NCBI GenBank assembly: GCA_905206805.1
Contig: CAJLIR010000003.1
Span: 16,063 to 80,062, forward strand
Reading direction: 5' to 3'
Source: an uncultured Bacillales bacterium
GTDB lineage: Bacteria; Bacillota_I; Bacilli_A; RF39; UBA660
DNA length: 64,000 nucleotides
Below, in pieces: positions 39,865 through 50,101 of this stretch; position 1 is the stretch's first letter; each line of letters starts with the position of its first letter. Under the pieces are notes generated by a model, which saw nothing but the letters and a program-made list of their open reading frames with translations, made no database searches and had not been told where the DNA came from. The position numbers and the translations under genes are program-made.

Positions 39865-40010
39865 CTTACCTCCATTTCTACAAAATATATTTTATACAAG
39901 TGTTAAATAAATGTCTTTTAACATTTGTTAAAGGAAAATACTTGATTTTTGATAAAAAACAATATAATATATCAATAAGCAGTACAAGTATTCACTAGGA
40001 GGAGGCATTA

Positions 40011-40562
40011 ATGAGAGATTACTTAATAAAAGACTATGAGGATATGATTGATAGAGAAATAAAAAAAGAAGCAAAAAGAATATTTGAAGTATTATATGAT
40101 TTGTATAAAAAAGATAATAAAACTAATTTGAGTTTTAATTGTTTAGTTGAAAAATATATGAACAAAAAGTTTAATATACTAAGGTTAGAAGTTCTTAATG
40201 AAACTATAAAAAATATTCCTACCTATTTATATATATGTCCAGATAATACAAAAATATTTGTAACAAATAATGAATTACAAAAAATAGAAAATAAAAAAAT
40301 AACTGAAAGAATTAATGATGATAAATTGTTATTAGATAAAATTTCAAAAAAAGTAGCTGAAAAAATAATGTTAATTAATGAAAATATGGATAGTTTAACA
40401 ATTTTAGATGTTTTAAATGAAAATATTAATGAAAAAGAGGGAAAGAGCATTGACTTGATAAATGAGGGAAACTACTTGATAGAAAATATTAATTTAAAAC
40501 TTATAGATCAAGGGAAAGAACTTATAAGTATTAATCCAATTAAAATTACAGAATATAAATAA
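40011..40562 (+). CDS. hypothetical protein
   Basis: 183-aa ORF with RBS AGGAGGAGG. Confidence 0.4.
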   Translation: MRDYLIKDYEDMIDREIKKEAKRIFEVLYDLYKKDNKTNLSFNCLVEKYMNKKFNILRLEVLNETIKNIPTYLYICPDNTKIFVTNNELQKIENKKITERINDDKLLLDKISKKVAEKIMLINENMDSLTILDVLNENINEKEGKSIDLINEGNYLIENINLKLIDQGKELISINPIKITEYK

Positions 40563-40629
40563 TAATTTTTTAATGGTTTGTTTTATGAGATTAATGATAT
40601 AATAGTTTTAATGTGAGGTGAGTAATAAA

Positions 40630-41088
40630 ATGAAAAAAATTACTTTTGACTCTATATACAAAAAATTATGTAGTGCTAATAATAAAGATAATATTACTAA
40701 AATATATGAAGATAGTTTAGATAATAATATTTTAGATTATGATAAAGAATATTTAGGTTATAAAAAAAATTATAAAACGGATAGGCTATTATATAAAGAA
40801 AAAAAATACAATAACATTACCTATGCCATATATATGTTTAAAACGCCAGAATATAGTGATTTAAGCATAGACAGCAACTACACTATTAAAGAAGAAAAAA
40901 GGTCTTATTATGAGGCTAGTATGATGATGATAAAGGATGATATTGATGGTAGATATTCAATAGATAATATATGTGCAATCAGGAATCGAGATGAACAAAC
41001 TGTAATAAACCGATATAACTACTTAGAAGCAATTTTAAATGAATTTACTGAATCAAGGTTATTAGAGTTTATTGATAGTCAAATATAG
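40630..41088 (+). CDS. hypothetical protein
   Basis: Start chosen at ATG 40630 with RBS GAGGTGAG. The ORF track began at GTG 40618. Confidence 0.4.
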   Translation: MKKITFDSIYKKLCSANNKDNITKIYEDSLDNNILDYDKEYLGYKKNYKTDRLLYKEKKYNNITYAIYMFKTPEYSDLSIDSNYTIKEEKRSYYEASMMMIKDDIDGRYSIDNICAIRNRDEQTVINRYNYLEAILNEFTESRLLEFIDSQI

Positions 41089-41607
41089 TTAAAATTATAG
41101 AAATATGCAAAAATATACAGAAATATACAAAAATATAATATTATAAAAATTTATTAATCAAACTTATTCACTTAGTTGCTTGAATATAATTTGTCAAGTG
41201 CTATAATGTAGTAAAATGAAATAATTATGGAAAAAGAGAGTATCCAAAAATTATTTCATTTTTTTTGGCATAAAAAGAGCTTTGCTAAAAAAACTTGACA
41301 TTGATAAAAAAAGTGCTAAAATAAATAACAAGTTTTGAGACTATTTCTCAAAAGTATTTATTTAGAAGAAGCAGTACCAAGTTATATAGATATTATTTGT
41401 GCTGTTTCTTCTTTTATTTTAGTAGAGGTGAAAATATGCAAAAATTACTACATAAAAAATATAGATGGTATATTAATGTATCTAGTAATAGAAACAATTT
41501 TTCATTGACTAAAAATTGCACTAATAATCAATATCAATTAATTTTAAAAGAGAAATAACTTGGGTTTTTATTCCCTGTGTTGTTTCTCTTTTTCTTTAGG
41601 AGGATAC

Positions 41608-42114
41608 ACTATGGAAGAACAAATGTATTTAGAAAATGAAATATTAAGTAAAGAGTTTATTTCTGATTATAACTTAGATGAGTGTAAATCTATAGCTACA
41701 ATGCTAATGAAAAAGTATAAAAGGTTAAAAAACTCTTGCCCTGAAGAAGTTGATCTTAAAATTACACATAACTACGAACCTATTTATTCTTGCCCAATGC
41801 CGAGAAAAAATGCTGTAATGGAAAAAATTGATAGACATTTAGATGATATAAGAGATTATGAATTTATGAACGAAAAAATAAAAAATATTATGAATAAAAT
41901 GTCTTCGGAAGAAAGAGCTTGTTTTACGGAAATACTTTTACATAATAAAGGTGAAAGTACAGCAGCAAAAATAATAGGAAGATCAAGAATAGGATTAATT
42001 CCAATATATAATAGTTGTGTAATTAGATTAGTATTAGCATTTCATTTGGAAATATATAAAGATCAAATAAATGAGATAGATGTAACTAAAGAAATTGAAT
42101 TAAAGTATTATTAG
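41608..42114 (+). CDS. ArpU/sigma-70 region-4-like transcriptional regulator (putative)
   Basis: Start at MEEQMY with RBS AGGAGGA. The C-terminal SEERACFTEILLHNKGESTAAKIIGRSRIGLIPIYNSCVIRL resembles ArpU-family late regulators of phages/ICEs. Confidence 0.4.
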   Translation, partial: TMEEQMYLENEILSKEFISDYNLDECKSIATMLMKKYKRLKNSCPEEVDLKITHNYEPIYSCPMPRKNAVMEKIDRHLDDIRDYEFMNEKIKNIMNKMSSEERACFTEILLHNKGESTAAKIIGRSRIGLIPIYNSCVIRLVLAFHLEIYKDQINEIDVTKEIELKYY

Positions 42115-42174
42115 TAAGCAATTATTTATGACTTCATATAGAGGTCTTTTTTTTATGCCTAAAGTGGAGGATTT

Positions 42175-42549
42175 ATGAAAAAAATTAAACGAGGAGAAAT
42201 ATTTAATGCCAATTTAGATCCTGTTCTAGGACACGAACAGGGTGGAAATAGACCAGTTTTAGTTTTACAAAATAATCATAGTTTAAAAAGATGCCCAACT
42301 GTTTTGGTAGCACCTTTAACAAAAATGATCAATAAGAAATACGATTTACCCACACACGTATATATTGAACCTTCTAATTATTTAAAATATGATTCGGTGG
42401 TCTTAGCTGAGCATATTAGAGAAATAGATAGATTGAGAATAACATATTACTTAACAACATTAACAAAAAAACAACAAAAATTGGTAGATAAGGCAATTAT
42501 AAACGCATTTGGATTAAGTATTAAGGAGATAAATTTATATGAGAAATAA
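42175..42549 (+). CDS. MazF/PemK-family endoribonuclease toxin
   Basis: RGEIFNANLDPVLGHEQGGNRPVLVLQNN...VLVAPLT is the canonical PemK/MazF N-terminal signature. RBS GGAGGA. Confidence 0.75.
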   Translation: MKKIKRGEIFNANLDPVLGHEQGGNRPVLVLQNNHSLKRCPTVLVAPLTKMINKKYDLPTHVYIEPSNYLKYDSVVLAEHIREIDRLRITYYLTTLTKKQQKLVDKAIINAFGLSIKEINLYEK

Positions 42550-42757
42550 AAATTATATGATTAAGGTAAAGATGATTAAAGAAACTGAGATGATTGTTAG
42601 TGAGAAAAGTATGCAAAAAGCAGTGATTAAAGTTGCAAGCTTATTAAATAAATGTAGTGATAACAATGTTTTATTAAATAAAACCTTTGATAGTAAACCT
42701 AATTTTATATATAAAGTAGAAAAATATATTGAAGCTATAAAAAATGTACAAATTTAA
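42539..42757 (+). CDS. small hypothetical protein overlapping the mazF-like stop; possible cognate partner
   Basis: 72 aa with RBS AAGGAGA and an 11-nt overlap with the toxin gene. No upstream antitoxin ORF is present. Confidence 0.35.
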   Translation: MRNKNYMIKVKMIKETEMIVSEKSMQKAVIKVASLLNKCSDNNVLLNKTFDSKPNFIYKVEKYIEAIKNVQI

Positions 42758-42842
42758 AATTTGCACATTCGTAAAAAAATAAAATAATTGGTATTCTCAT
42801 AGTGATAGCCAATTATTAAATCTAATTTAGGAGATAATAATT

Positions 42843-43043
42843 ATGAATAATGATATAGAAAAAAAGGTTTACAATGCAACAGAGATTCAAAAAATGCTAG
42901 GGATGGGGAAAAATAGATTATATGAATATTTAGAAGAAGTATATAAAAAACAAACCCCATTTAGAGTATTAAAATTTGGAAAAATATACAAAGTTCCAAA
43001 ACAAGCCTTCGATAATTGGATAAATGGTTATCAAGTGTCATAG
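42843..43043 (+). CDS. xis: excisionase/Xis-like small HTH DNA-binding protein
   Basis: 66 aa, basic, with an HTH (ATEIQKMLGMGKNRLYEYL) and a C-terminal ...KVPKQAFDNWI. It lies immediately upstream of the integrase, as for Tn916-type Xis. Confidence 0.55.
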   Translation: MNNDIEKKVYNATEIQKMLGMGKNRLYEYLEEVYKKQTPFRVLKFGKIYKVPKQAFDNWINGYQVS

Positions 43044-43055
43044 GAGAGATGGTTT

Positions 43056-44255
43056 ATGAAAAAAACAAAACTAACTTGGGGAAAAAGTGGGATAGTTTTC
43101 TTTGAAGGTTCATCGTGGGGATTTAGATATAAAGAAAGGTTAGAAGATGGATCAACTAAATATGGAAAAGTTAAGGGATATGCAACGGAACAAGATGCTG
43201 TAAAAGATTATTATATATATGAAGAAAAATTTAAAGAAAAAAGTAGAGAATATGAAGTAAGCATTAACAAAGATATAATGTTTGTTGATTACCTGATTTA
43301 TTGGTTTGAAAATATATATTCTGAACGAATAGAAACAACAACAAAAATGGTTAGTTCATATATCATATATAATTTAATCGTGCCTAGTATTGAATATAAT
43401 TTAAAAATAAATTTAGTAACAACTGATTATTTAGACGATATAATAAAAAGAGCTTCTAATTTAACAGAAAGTGGCGGATATTCTGCAAGGATGATTATAA
43501 TTATGGCAATGAAAGATGCATTGATTGGTGGATATATTTCACACAATCCATCTTTAGATACTAAACAATACAGAAGAAAAAAACCTAAAATTAGAGTATA
43601 TACTAAAAGGCAATTAAAGAGATTTTTAACAGCATCCCAATCATCAAATTGGTATCTTGAAATATTATTAGGATTATTTTGTGGACTTCGTAAGGGTGAA
43701 ATAATGGGACTTAAATTTTCTGATTTTGATATGGAAAATAGAACTGTGAAAGTGGAAAGACAAATAGCAAAAGAATATGAATTAGAAAAAAATACTAGTA
43801 AAATTACAAAATGTTCATTAGTAGAAAAAAATCCAAAGACCCCTGAAAGTATAAGAACACTTAAAGTTCCCGATATAATTATAGAAGAATTAGAGAAAAG
43901 AAATGAAAAAGTAAATTTAGATAAAGCAATTTATAAAAATAAATATATAGATAATAATTATATATCTTGCACAGAAATAGGGGTAGTGCATTCTCAATCA
44001 TCTTTAAATGCTAGAATAATAAAAATATGCAGACAACTAAGTTTACCAGATTTGACCGTACACGGTTTAAGACATATGTGTGCAACAATTCTATTAGAAA
44101 GTGGAGCTTCACTTGCTAAAATACAAGCATTTCTAGGGCATAGATCAATCCATACAACATTTGAATATTATTGTGAGGTAATGGATGAAAAAGATAAAAT
44201 ATTGGCATTTATGAATAATATTTTTGCTATTGAAGATGGTGATACGAAATGTTAA
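43056..44255 (+). CDS. int: tyrosine-type site-specific integrase (Int-Tn-like, with N-terminal arm-binding domain)
   Basis: Catalytic-domain motifs LRKGEIMGLKFSDFD (Arg box), HGLRHMCAT (HxxR), LGHRSIHTTFEYY (His and Tyr nucleophile). Confidence 0.85.
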   Translation: MKKTKLTWGKSGIVFFEGSSWGFRYKERLEDGSTKYGKVKGYATEQDAVKDYYIYEEKFKEKSREYEVSINKDIMFVDYLIYWFENIYSERIETTTKMVSSYIIYNLIVPSIEYNLKINLVTTDYLDDIIKRASNLTESGGYSARMIIIMAMKDALIGGYISHNPSLDTKQYRRKKPKIRVYTKRQLKRFLTASQSSNWYLEILLGLFCGLRKGEIMGLKFSDFDMENRTVKVERQIAKEYELEKNTSKITKCSLVEKNPKTPESIRTLKVPDIIIEELEKRNEKVNLDKAIYKNKYIDNNYISCTEIGVVHSQSSLNARIIKICRQLSLPDLTVHGLRHMCATILLESGASLAKIQAFLGHRSIHTTFEYYCEVMDEKDKILAFMNNIFAIEDGDTKC

Positions 44256-45547
44256 CAAAAGAACAAATGCGGAAAGTTTATAATGATTATACAGTATATT
44301 CTGTATTAAAATTAAAAGATAAATACGGATTTAAGGTTAAGCTGACATTTATAGATGGACAGCAAGAAATAAGGCAAATAGGTGGTTTTAAAACAAAAAA
44401 AGAGGCAAACCTAGAAAGAGATAAAGTTGTAGCACAATTAGTCAACCACTCCTATGTTGTTTATCCAAAAATAAAAAGTAGTGAGTATTTTGAATATTGG
44501 TTAGAAATAGTGATGAAACCTAATTTAACATATAATAGTTATATGTCATATAGAAATGTAGTTAATAATTATGCTATCCCATATTTCAAAAATTACTACA
44601 TTAATCAAATAAATATGGGACATATTCAAAAATTTTATAATGAAGTTTCAATTAAATATAAATCGATAGCAAAGTTATCAAAAGTAGTATTAAATTCAGC
44701 ATTTGAATATGCTAAAAAGAATAATTTAATTAATACTAATCCAACATTAAATGTTAGACTTCCGAAAGGAATTGATACATCATATAATAAGGTTCAAGTA
44801 ATTGATATAGAAAAGACATTTAATATTGAACAGATAAAATTAATAATTGAGAAAAGTAAAGAAACACCAATATATTTACATATATTATTTGCGTTGTTGA
44901 TGGGATTAAGAAAGCAAGAAATTAATGGAGTAAAATATTCAGATATTGATTATGTTAATAGAAAATTATATTTAAAAAGGCAACTAGGAATTGATCCAAA
45001 TAAATCAAAAGAAGATTGTAAGAAAAAAACATACACGAAACAGGAAATAAAATTAAAAACCTTTTCAAGTGAAAGGGTACTTGATATACCTGATATGGTT
45101 TTTGAGGCAATACAAGAACAAAGAAAAATTTATGAAACAAATAGAAGAAGGAGAATAAATGATAAAACAACTCCCTTTACTGATTTAGGATTTATTTGTT
45201 GTTCTACCTATGGGCATCCAAGAAGTAAAGGGTTTCATAAAAGATATTATGATAAACTATTAGAAGAAAATAATTTACCAAAAATTAGATTTCACGATTT
45301 AAGACATACATATACCACATTATTATTAATGAATAATCACGATTTAAAGGCTGTATCAGAACTACTAGGACACTCATCAACAATAATTACATCAAGTACA
45401 TATTTTGACAAGAATAAAATAATTGTTGATTGTAATAAAGAATTAAATTCATTTATTGAATTAGTTAAACCAGATGAAAACTTGTATTCATCAGATACAA
45501 TAATAGACATAGATACAAATGATATTTTGGCAAAATATTTATATTAA
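44249..45547 (+). CDS. second tyrosine-type site-specific integrase, diverged paralog
   Basis: LRKQEINGVKYSDID; HDLRHTYTT; LGHSSTIITSSTY. It overlaps the stop of int1 by 7 nt, suggesting co-transcription. Confidence 0.85.
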   Translation: MLTKEQMRKVYNDYTVYSVLKLKDKYGFKVKLTFIDGQQEIRQIGGFKTKKEANLERDKVVAQLVNHSYVVYPKIKSSEYFEYWLEIVMKPNLTYNSYMSYRNVVNNYAIPYFKNYYINQINMGHIQKFYNEVSIKYKSIAKLSKVVLNSAFEYAKKNNLINTNPTLNVRLPKGIDTSYNKVQVIDIEKTFNIEQIKLIIEKSKETPIYLHILFALLMGLRKQEINGVKYSDIDYVNRKLYLKRQLGIDPNKSKEDCKKKTYTKQEIKLKTFSSERVLDIPDMVFEAIQEQRKIYETNRRRRINDKTTPFTDLGFICCSTYGHPRSKGFHKRYYDKLLEENNLPKIRFHDLRHTYTTLLLMNNHDLKAVSELLGHSSTIITSSTYFDKNKIIVDCNKELNSFIELVKPDENLYSSDTIIDIDTNDILAKYLY

Positions 45548-45669
45548 ATATATACATAATAATAAGGAAAGACTGTTGTAGCTTTCCTTGTTTTATTGTT
45601 AAATTAGTGTTAAAATAAGTTACTGGAAAACATTTAGTTTTACTTGGTTTTATTTAGTCTTATTTAGTC

Positions 45670-45694
45670 AATTTGTGGCTGAAATTCGTATCCA
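45670..45694 (+). repeat. right copy of the 25-bp direct repeat (candidate attR core)
   Basis: Identical to 9230..9254. Two TTATTTAGTC motifs precede it (45650..45669). An inverted partial copy (TGGATACGAATTT) lies at 45758..45770. Confidence 0.6.
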
Positions 45695-45800
45695 AGCAAA
45701 AAAGACACATTTTTGGGGTTATAAAAATGAATTAGGATACGCATTTTTGATAATTGGATACGAATTTTAGGCTGGTAATAATCGTAGTAAGGAGGACAAT

Positions 45801-47771
45801 ATGGAACAAAAAGATACAAAAATGTTCAAAATTCACTCAAAATATACACCTAGTGGAGATCAACCAGAGGCAATAAATTCATTAGTTAAAGGAATTGAAA
45901 ATGGTGAGAAATACCAAGTTTTACTTGGTGCAACGGGAACTGGAAAAACTTTTACGATTGCAAACGTAATTGAAAAAGTGAATAAACCAACTCTAGTTTT
46001 AGCTCATAATAAGACACTTGCAGGGCAATTATACGCGGAACTCAAGGAGATCTTCCCCGACAATCACGTATGTTACTTTGTATCATATTATGATTATTAT
46101 CAACCAGAAGCATACGTTGCTAAAACTGATACATATATTGAAAAAGATGCATCAATTAACGACGAGATAGATGAGTTACGTCATTCCGCAACAGCGTCCT
46201 TATTAAAATATAAGGATGTAATAGTAGTATCTTCTGTATCTTGTATTTATGGAATAGGTGAAATAGAAGAATATAAAAATAAAATGTTATCACTTGCGGT
46301 AGATGATGAGATAGATAGAGATAAAGTATTAGAAAAATTAATTGATATGTTATATGAAAGAAATAATATAGATTTAAAAAGAGGAACTTTTAGAGTAAGG
46401 GGAGATGTTTTAGAAATAATTCCAGTTAATGAACATTCTAAAGGAATAAGAGTTGAATTTTTTGGAGATACGGTTGAAAAAATCTCAGAATTTGATATTT
46501 TAACTGGCGTAATAACAAATAATAAAAAGGCAATATCAATATTTCCCGCAAGTCATTTCGTAACAAGTGATGAAAAAATAAAGAAAGCAATTAAAAATAT
46601 TCAAATAGAGTTAGAAGAACAACTACAAAAATTCAAAGATGAAAATAAATTACTTGAATATCAAAGATTGCAAGAAAGAACAAATTATGATATAGAAATG
46701 CTTAGTGAAACTGGTACTTGTCGTGGTGTTGAAAATTATTCTAGACATTTAGCGTTAAAAGAACCAGGTGCAACCCCAACTACACTTATTGATTTCTTTG
46801 GTGATGATTATCTTATGATAATAGATGAATCACACGTAACAGTTCCCCAAGTACGTGGTATGTATAATGGTGATCAAGCAAGAAAAAAGGTACTTGTTGA
46901 TTATGGTTTCAGACTTCCAAGTGCGATGGATAATAGACCATTAAAATTTGAAGAATTTGAAAAAAAGATAAATCAAATTATTTATGTATCAGCAACACCT
47001 GGTGATTACGAATTAGAAAAATGTAATGGTAAATTTGTAGAACAAATAATAAGACCAACTGGTTTATTAGATCCTACTATTGAAGTTAGAAAAACAGAAG
47101 GTCAAATAGATAACTTAGTAGAAGAAATATATAAGAAAATAGAAAAAAATGAAAGAACATTAATTACGACTTTAACAATTCGTATGGCAGAAGAATTAAC
47201 TACATATTTAAAAAATATTGATATAAAAGTGGCTTACCTACATAGTGAAATTAAGACATTAGAAAGAATGAAAATAATACGCGATTTACGTATGGGCAAG
47301 TATGATGTATTAGTTGGTATAAATTTACTTAGGGAAGGAATTGATATACCAGAAGTTAGCTTAATTGCGATAATGGATGCTGATAAACAAGGGTTCTTAA
47401 GAAGTGAAAGAAGTTTAATTCAAACTATTGGAAGAGCGGCAAGAAATTCAAACGGACATGTTATTATGTATGCCGATACCATAAGTGATTCTATGAGTCT
47501 TGCAATATCAGAAACAGAAAGAAGAAGAAAAATACAAGAAGAATATAATAGGAAAAATAATATTATTCCTAAAACTATCATAAAAGAAATACGTGATGTA
47601 ATTAGTATTAATGAAGAAAAAACACAACCTGATAAAATAAAAATGACAAGCTCTGATAAAAACAAAATGATAGAAAAATTAGAAATAGAAATGAGAGAAG
47701 CAGCCAAAAATCTTGATTTTGAAAGAGCAATGGAATTAAGAGATATATTATTTGAATTAAAAAGCGAATAA
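45801..47771 (+). CDS. uvrB: excinuclease ABC subunit B
   Basis: 656 aa, full length, with Walker [10 protein letters not shown], helicase motifs and the UvrB C-terminal UVR domain. Strong RBS AAGGAGG. Confidence 0.9.
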   Translation: MEQKDTKMFKIHSKYTPSGDQPEAINSLVKGIENGEKYQVLLGATGTGKTFTIANVIEKVNKPTLVLAHNKTLAGQLYAELKEIFPDNHVCYFVSYYDYYQPEAYVAKTDTYIEKDASINDEIDELRHSATASLLKYKDVIVVSSVSCIYGIGEIEEYKNKMLSLAVDDEIDRDKVLEKLIDMLYERNNIDLKRGTFRVRGDVLEIIPVNEHSKGIRVEFFGDTVEKISEFDILTGVITNNKKAISIFPASHFVTSDEKIKKAIKNIQIELEEQLQKFKDENKLLEYQRLQERTNYDIEMLSETGTCRGVENYSRHLALKEPGATPTTLIDFFGDDYLMIIDESHVTVPQVRGMYNGDQARKKVLVDYGFRLPSAMDNRPLKFEEFEKKINQIIYVSATPGDYELEKCNGKFVEQIIRPTGLLDPTIEVRKTEGQIDNLVEEIYKKIEKNERTLITTLTIRMAEELTTYLKNIDIKVAYLHSEIKTLERMKIIRDLRMGKYDVLVGINLLREGIDIPEVSLIAIMDADKQGFLRSERSLIQTIGRAARNSNGHVIMYADTISDSMSLAISETERRRKIQEEYNRKNNIIPKTIIKEIRDVISINEEKTQPDKIKMTSSDKNKMIEKLEIEMREAAKNLDFERAMELRDILFELKSE

Positions 47772-47953
47772 TTGTACATTTATCGACAAATTATTTACAT
47801 TTTAATCAATATATTTATTATGTAATTAATTTAGTTAAAAAAGTAATATATTTATATATAATAAAAAAAGGTAATATTTTAGTAAAATATATTAAATTTA
47901 TCAAAATGTATTCATTTGCAACTTAATTAATAAATGATATAATTTAATAGGAG

Positions 47954-48391
47954 ATGAAAAAGATGGCAAAGAAAAAATTTGAATATAAAAAATTCAATTC
48001 TATGTTTGACTGGATATTAAAAATGATAGGTTATGCCTTAATTCTTATCTGTATATCAACTGTATTAGGAAGTGATAAATCAATTTATATAGATCCTAAC
48101 TATTTCGGATTATGGGGACTTTTAACTGCGATTTTAATATACATATTAAATAAAACAGTAAAACCGCTAATAGTATGGTTAACACTACCTCTAACAGGAC
48201 TTACATTAGGATTGTTTTATCCTTTAATAAATGTTTTTATCTTAAAACTAGTTGATTTGATATTATGGAAGCATTTTGATATTACAGGTGGTATATTTAT
48301 GAGTTTTTTCGTTGCTATATTAATTTCAATATTAAATATTATAATGGATAGTATTATTTTTAAAGGAATACTTGGAGAGGAGAGAAAATAA
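47954..48391 (+). CDS. hypothetical integral membrane protein
   Basis: 145 aa with 4 predicted TM helices and RBS AGGAGATG. Confidence 0.45.
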   Translation: MKKMAKKKFEYKKFNSMFDWILKMIGYALILICISTVLGSDKSIYIDPNYFGLWGLLTAILIYILNKTVKPLIVWLTLPLTGLTLGLFYPLINVFILKLVDLILWKHFDITGGIFMSFFVAILISILNIIMDSIIFKGILGEERK

Positions 48392-49206
48392 TGAATCCAA
48401 TTTTCTTAGATTTAGGTTTTATTAAAATATATTGGTACTCTATTATGATTTTCATAGCTTTTTTTGTAGGTGGTACTCTTGCCTTAAATGAAGCAAAAAA
48501 ATGGAAAATACCAGAAGACTTAATGATAAATTATTTTTTCTTTTTAATTCCAATCGCACTTATAGGAGCAAGACTTTACTACGTTTTATTTAATTTAGAT
48601 TATTATAGTAGTGATCCAATCTCAATTTTAAAAGTATGGGAAGGTGGGCTTGCAATTCACGGAGGAATTATTGCTGGTATTTTATGGACACTTTTTTATA
48701 CACATAAATATAAGGTAAACTTTTTCCGTATGACAGATATAATGGTTGTAAGTTTAATTATTGGTCAAGCAATAGGTAGATGGGGAAATTTCTTTAATGG
48801 TGAGGCATACGGTCCAGTTACTACATTAGATTTTTTAACAAAATTACATATTCCTGACTTTATTATAAAAAATATGTATATTAATGGTGTATATCATCAA
48901 CCAACATTTTTATATGAATCAGTATGGTGTATTATAGGATTTGTAATCCTATTAACTATTAGAAGAATGAAATATATAAAAATAGGCCAAATTACTGGTA
49001 TATATTTTATTTGGTATGGAATAGGCAGATTTTTAATAGAATCACTAAGAACAGACAGTTTAATGTTAGGAAATTTAAAAATGGCCCAAATTATATCAAT
49101 TATAATGGTTTTAACTGGTATAGTATTGATTATTTTATTTCAAAAAAATTCTGTTTTTAAAAATCAATATAATGACAAGGAGAATACTAATGACATCAAT
49201 TTTTGA
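48391..49206 (+). CDS. lgt: prolipoprotein diacylglyceryl transferase
   Basis: Lgt signature GRWGNFFNGEAYG and LAIHGGIIAGILW; 271 aa. Confidence 0.85.
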   Translation: MNPIFLDLGFIKIYWYSIMIFIAFFVGGTLALNEAKKWKIPEDLMINYFFFLIPIALIGARLYYVLFNLDYYSSDPISILKVWEGGLAIHGGIIAGILWTLFYTHKYKVNFFRMTDIMVVSLIIGQAIGRWGNFFNGEAYGPVTTLDFLTKLHIPDFIIKNMYINGVYHQPTFLYESVWCIIGFVILLTIRRMKYIKIGQITGIYFIWYGIGRFLIESLRTDSLMLGNLKMAQIISIIMVLTGIVLIILFQKNSVFKNQYNDKENTNDINF

Positions 49207-50101
49207 TTGTATTATAGTTGGATCTGGAATCGCAGGAATGACATCCGCAATATATTTAAAAAGAGCAGGAAAAAGAGTATTATTATTAGAAAAAAGTGCT
49301 CCAGGTGGTCAAATAAATATGAGTCCAGCTGTTGAAAATTATCCGGGTTTTTTAAATATCGAAGGAGCTATATTAGCGTCAAATATTTTTGAACAAACTC
49401 AAAAATTAAATATTGATTATAAATATGGAAATGTTTTAAATATAAAAAAAGAAGAAAAAAATTTTACTGTTACAACTGATATTGAAAGTTATGAGACTGC
49501 TTCAATTATAATCGCAACAGGAAGAAAAGTAGAAAAATTAAATCTTAATTATGAAGAAGAATTGATAGGAAAAGGAATAAGTTATTGCGCTATATGTGAT
49601 GGAAATTTTTTCAAAGGTAAAAATGTATCTATATATGGAAACGATTACAAAGTATTAGAAGAAGCAATATATTTAGCAAATATATGTGAAAATGTAAATA
49701 TAATTTGTGAGAAAGATAAATTTGAAAATAATACAACTTTATTAGAAACAATAAATGAATATAAAAATATTACTATTTATTTTAATAGTAAAATAATAGA
49801 GCTTATTAAAGATAATGGATTACTATCTGGTATCAAAATAAAAAAAACGCCTGAAAAAATAATTAATTGTGAATGCTTATTTGTTGGAAATAATCTTGTT
49901 CCAGATTTGAATTTTTTATCTGATATAAAGAAAGATAATGGATATATAATAGTTGATAAAAATATGAATACAAATATTAAAGGGGTATTTGCTTGTGGTG
50001 ATGTTATAAAAAAGGATGTATATCAACTTACTACAGCAATAGGTGAAGCAGCTATATCTGCAAATAGTGTACTAACATATTTAACAGGAGGAGAAAAATG
50101 A
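49190..50101 (+). CDS. trxB: thioredoxin-disulfide reductase (TrxB-like)
   Basis: FAD site IIVGSGIAGMTSAIY and redox-active CAICDG. Start set at MTSIFD with RBS AAGGAGA. Confidence 0.75.
   Translation: MTSIFDCIIVGSGIAGMTSAIYLKRAGKRVLLLEKSAPGGQINMSPAVENYPGFLNIEGAILASNIFEQTQKLNIDYKYGNVLNIKKEEKNFTVTTDIESYETASIIIATGRKVEKLNLNYEEELIGKGISYCAICDGNFFKGKNVSIYGNDYKVLEEAIYLANICENVNIICEKDKFENNTTLLETINEYKNITIYFNSKIIELIKDNGLLSGIKIKKTPEKIINCECLFVGNNLVPDLNFLSDIKKDNGYIIVDKNMNTNIKGVFACGDVIKKDVYQLTTAIGEAAISANSVLTYLTGGEK

Larger units (their letters stand above)
9230..45694 (+). mobile_element. integrative conjugative element (~36.5 kb) with tyrosine integrases, a MOB relaxase and a Firmicutes-type T4SS
   Basis: Bounded by perfect 25-bp direct repeats. 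Xis plus two tyrosine integrases sit at the right end. It encodes ParAB, SSB, HU, a primase-like protein, MobC/relaxase, VirD4, VirB4, VirB6-like, a CHAP hydrolase, ArdC, an adhesin with sortase, and cargo. Nearly all genes share one orientation. It is inserted in the intergenic DNA upstream of uvrB. Confidence 0.75.

Noticed and set aside
9255-45669. Prophage interpretation of the inserted element
   Set aside because: No terminase, portal, capsid, tail or lysis-cassette genes are present. The gene content instead comprises a relaxase, coupling protein, VirB4 and partition genes, which is diagnostic of an ICE.
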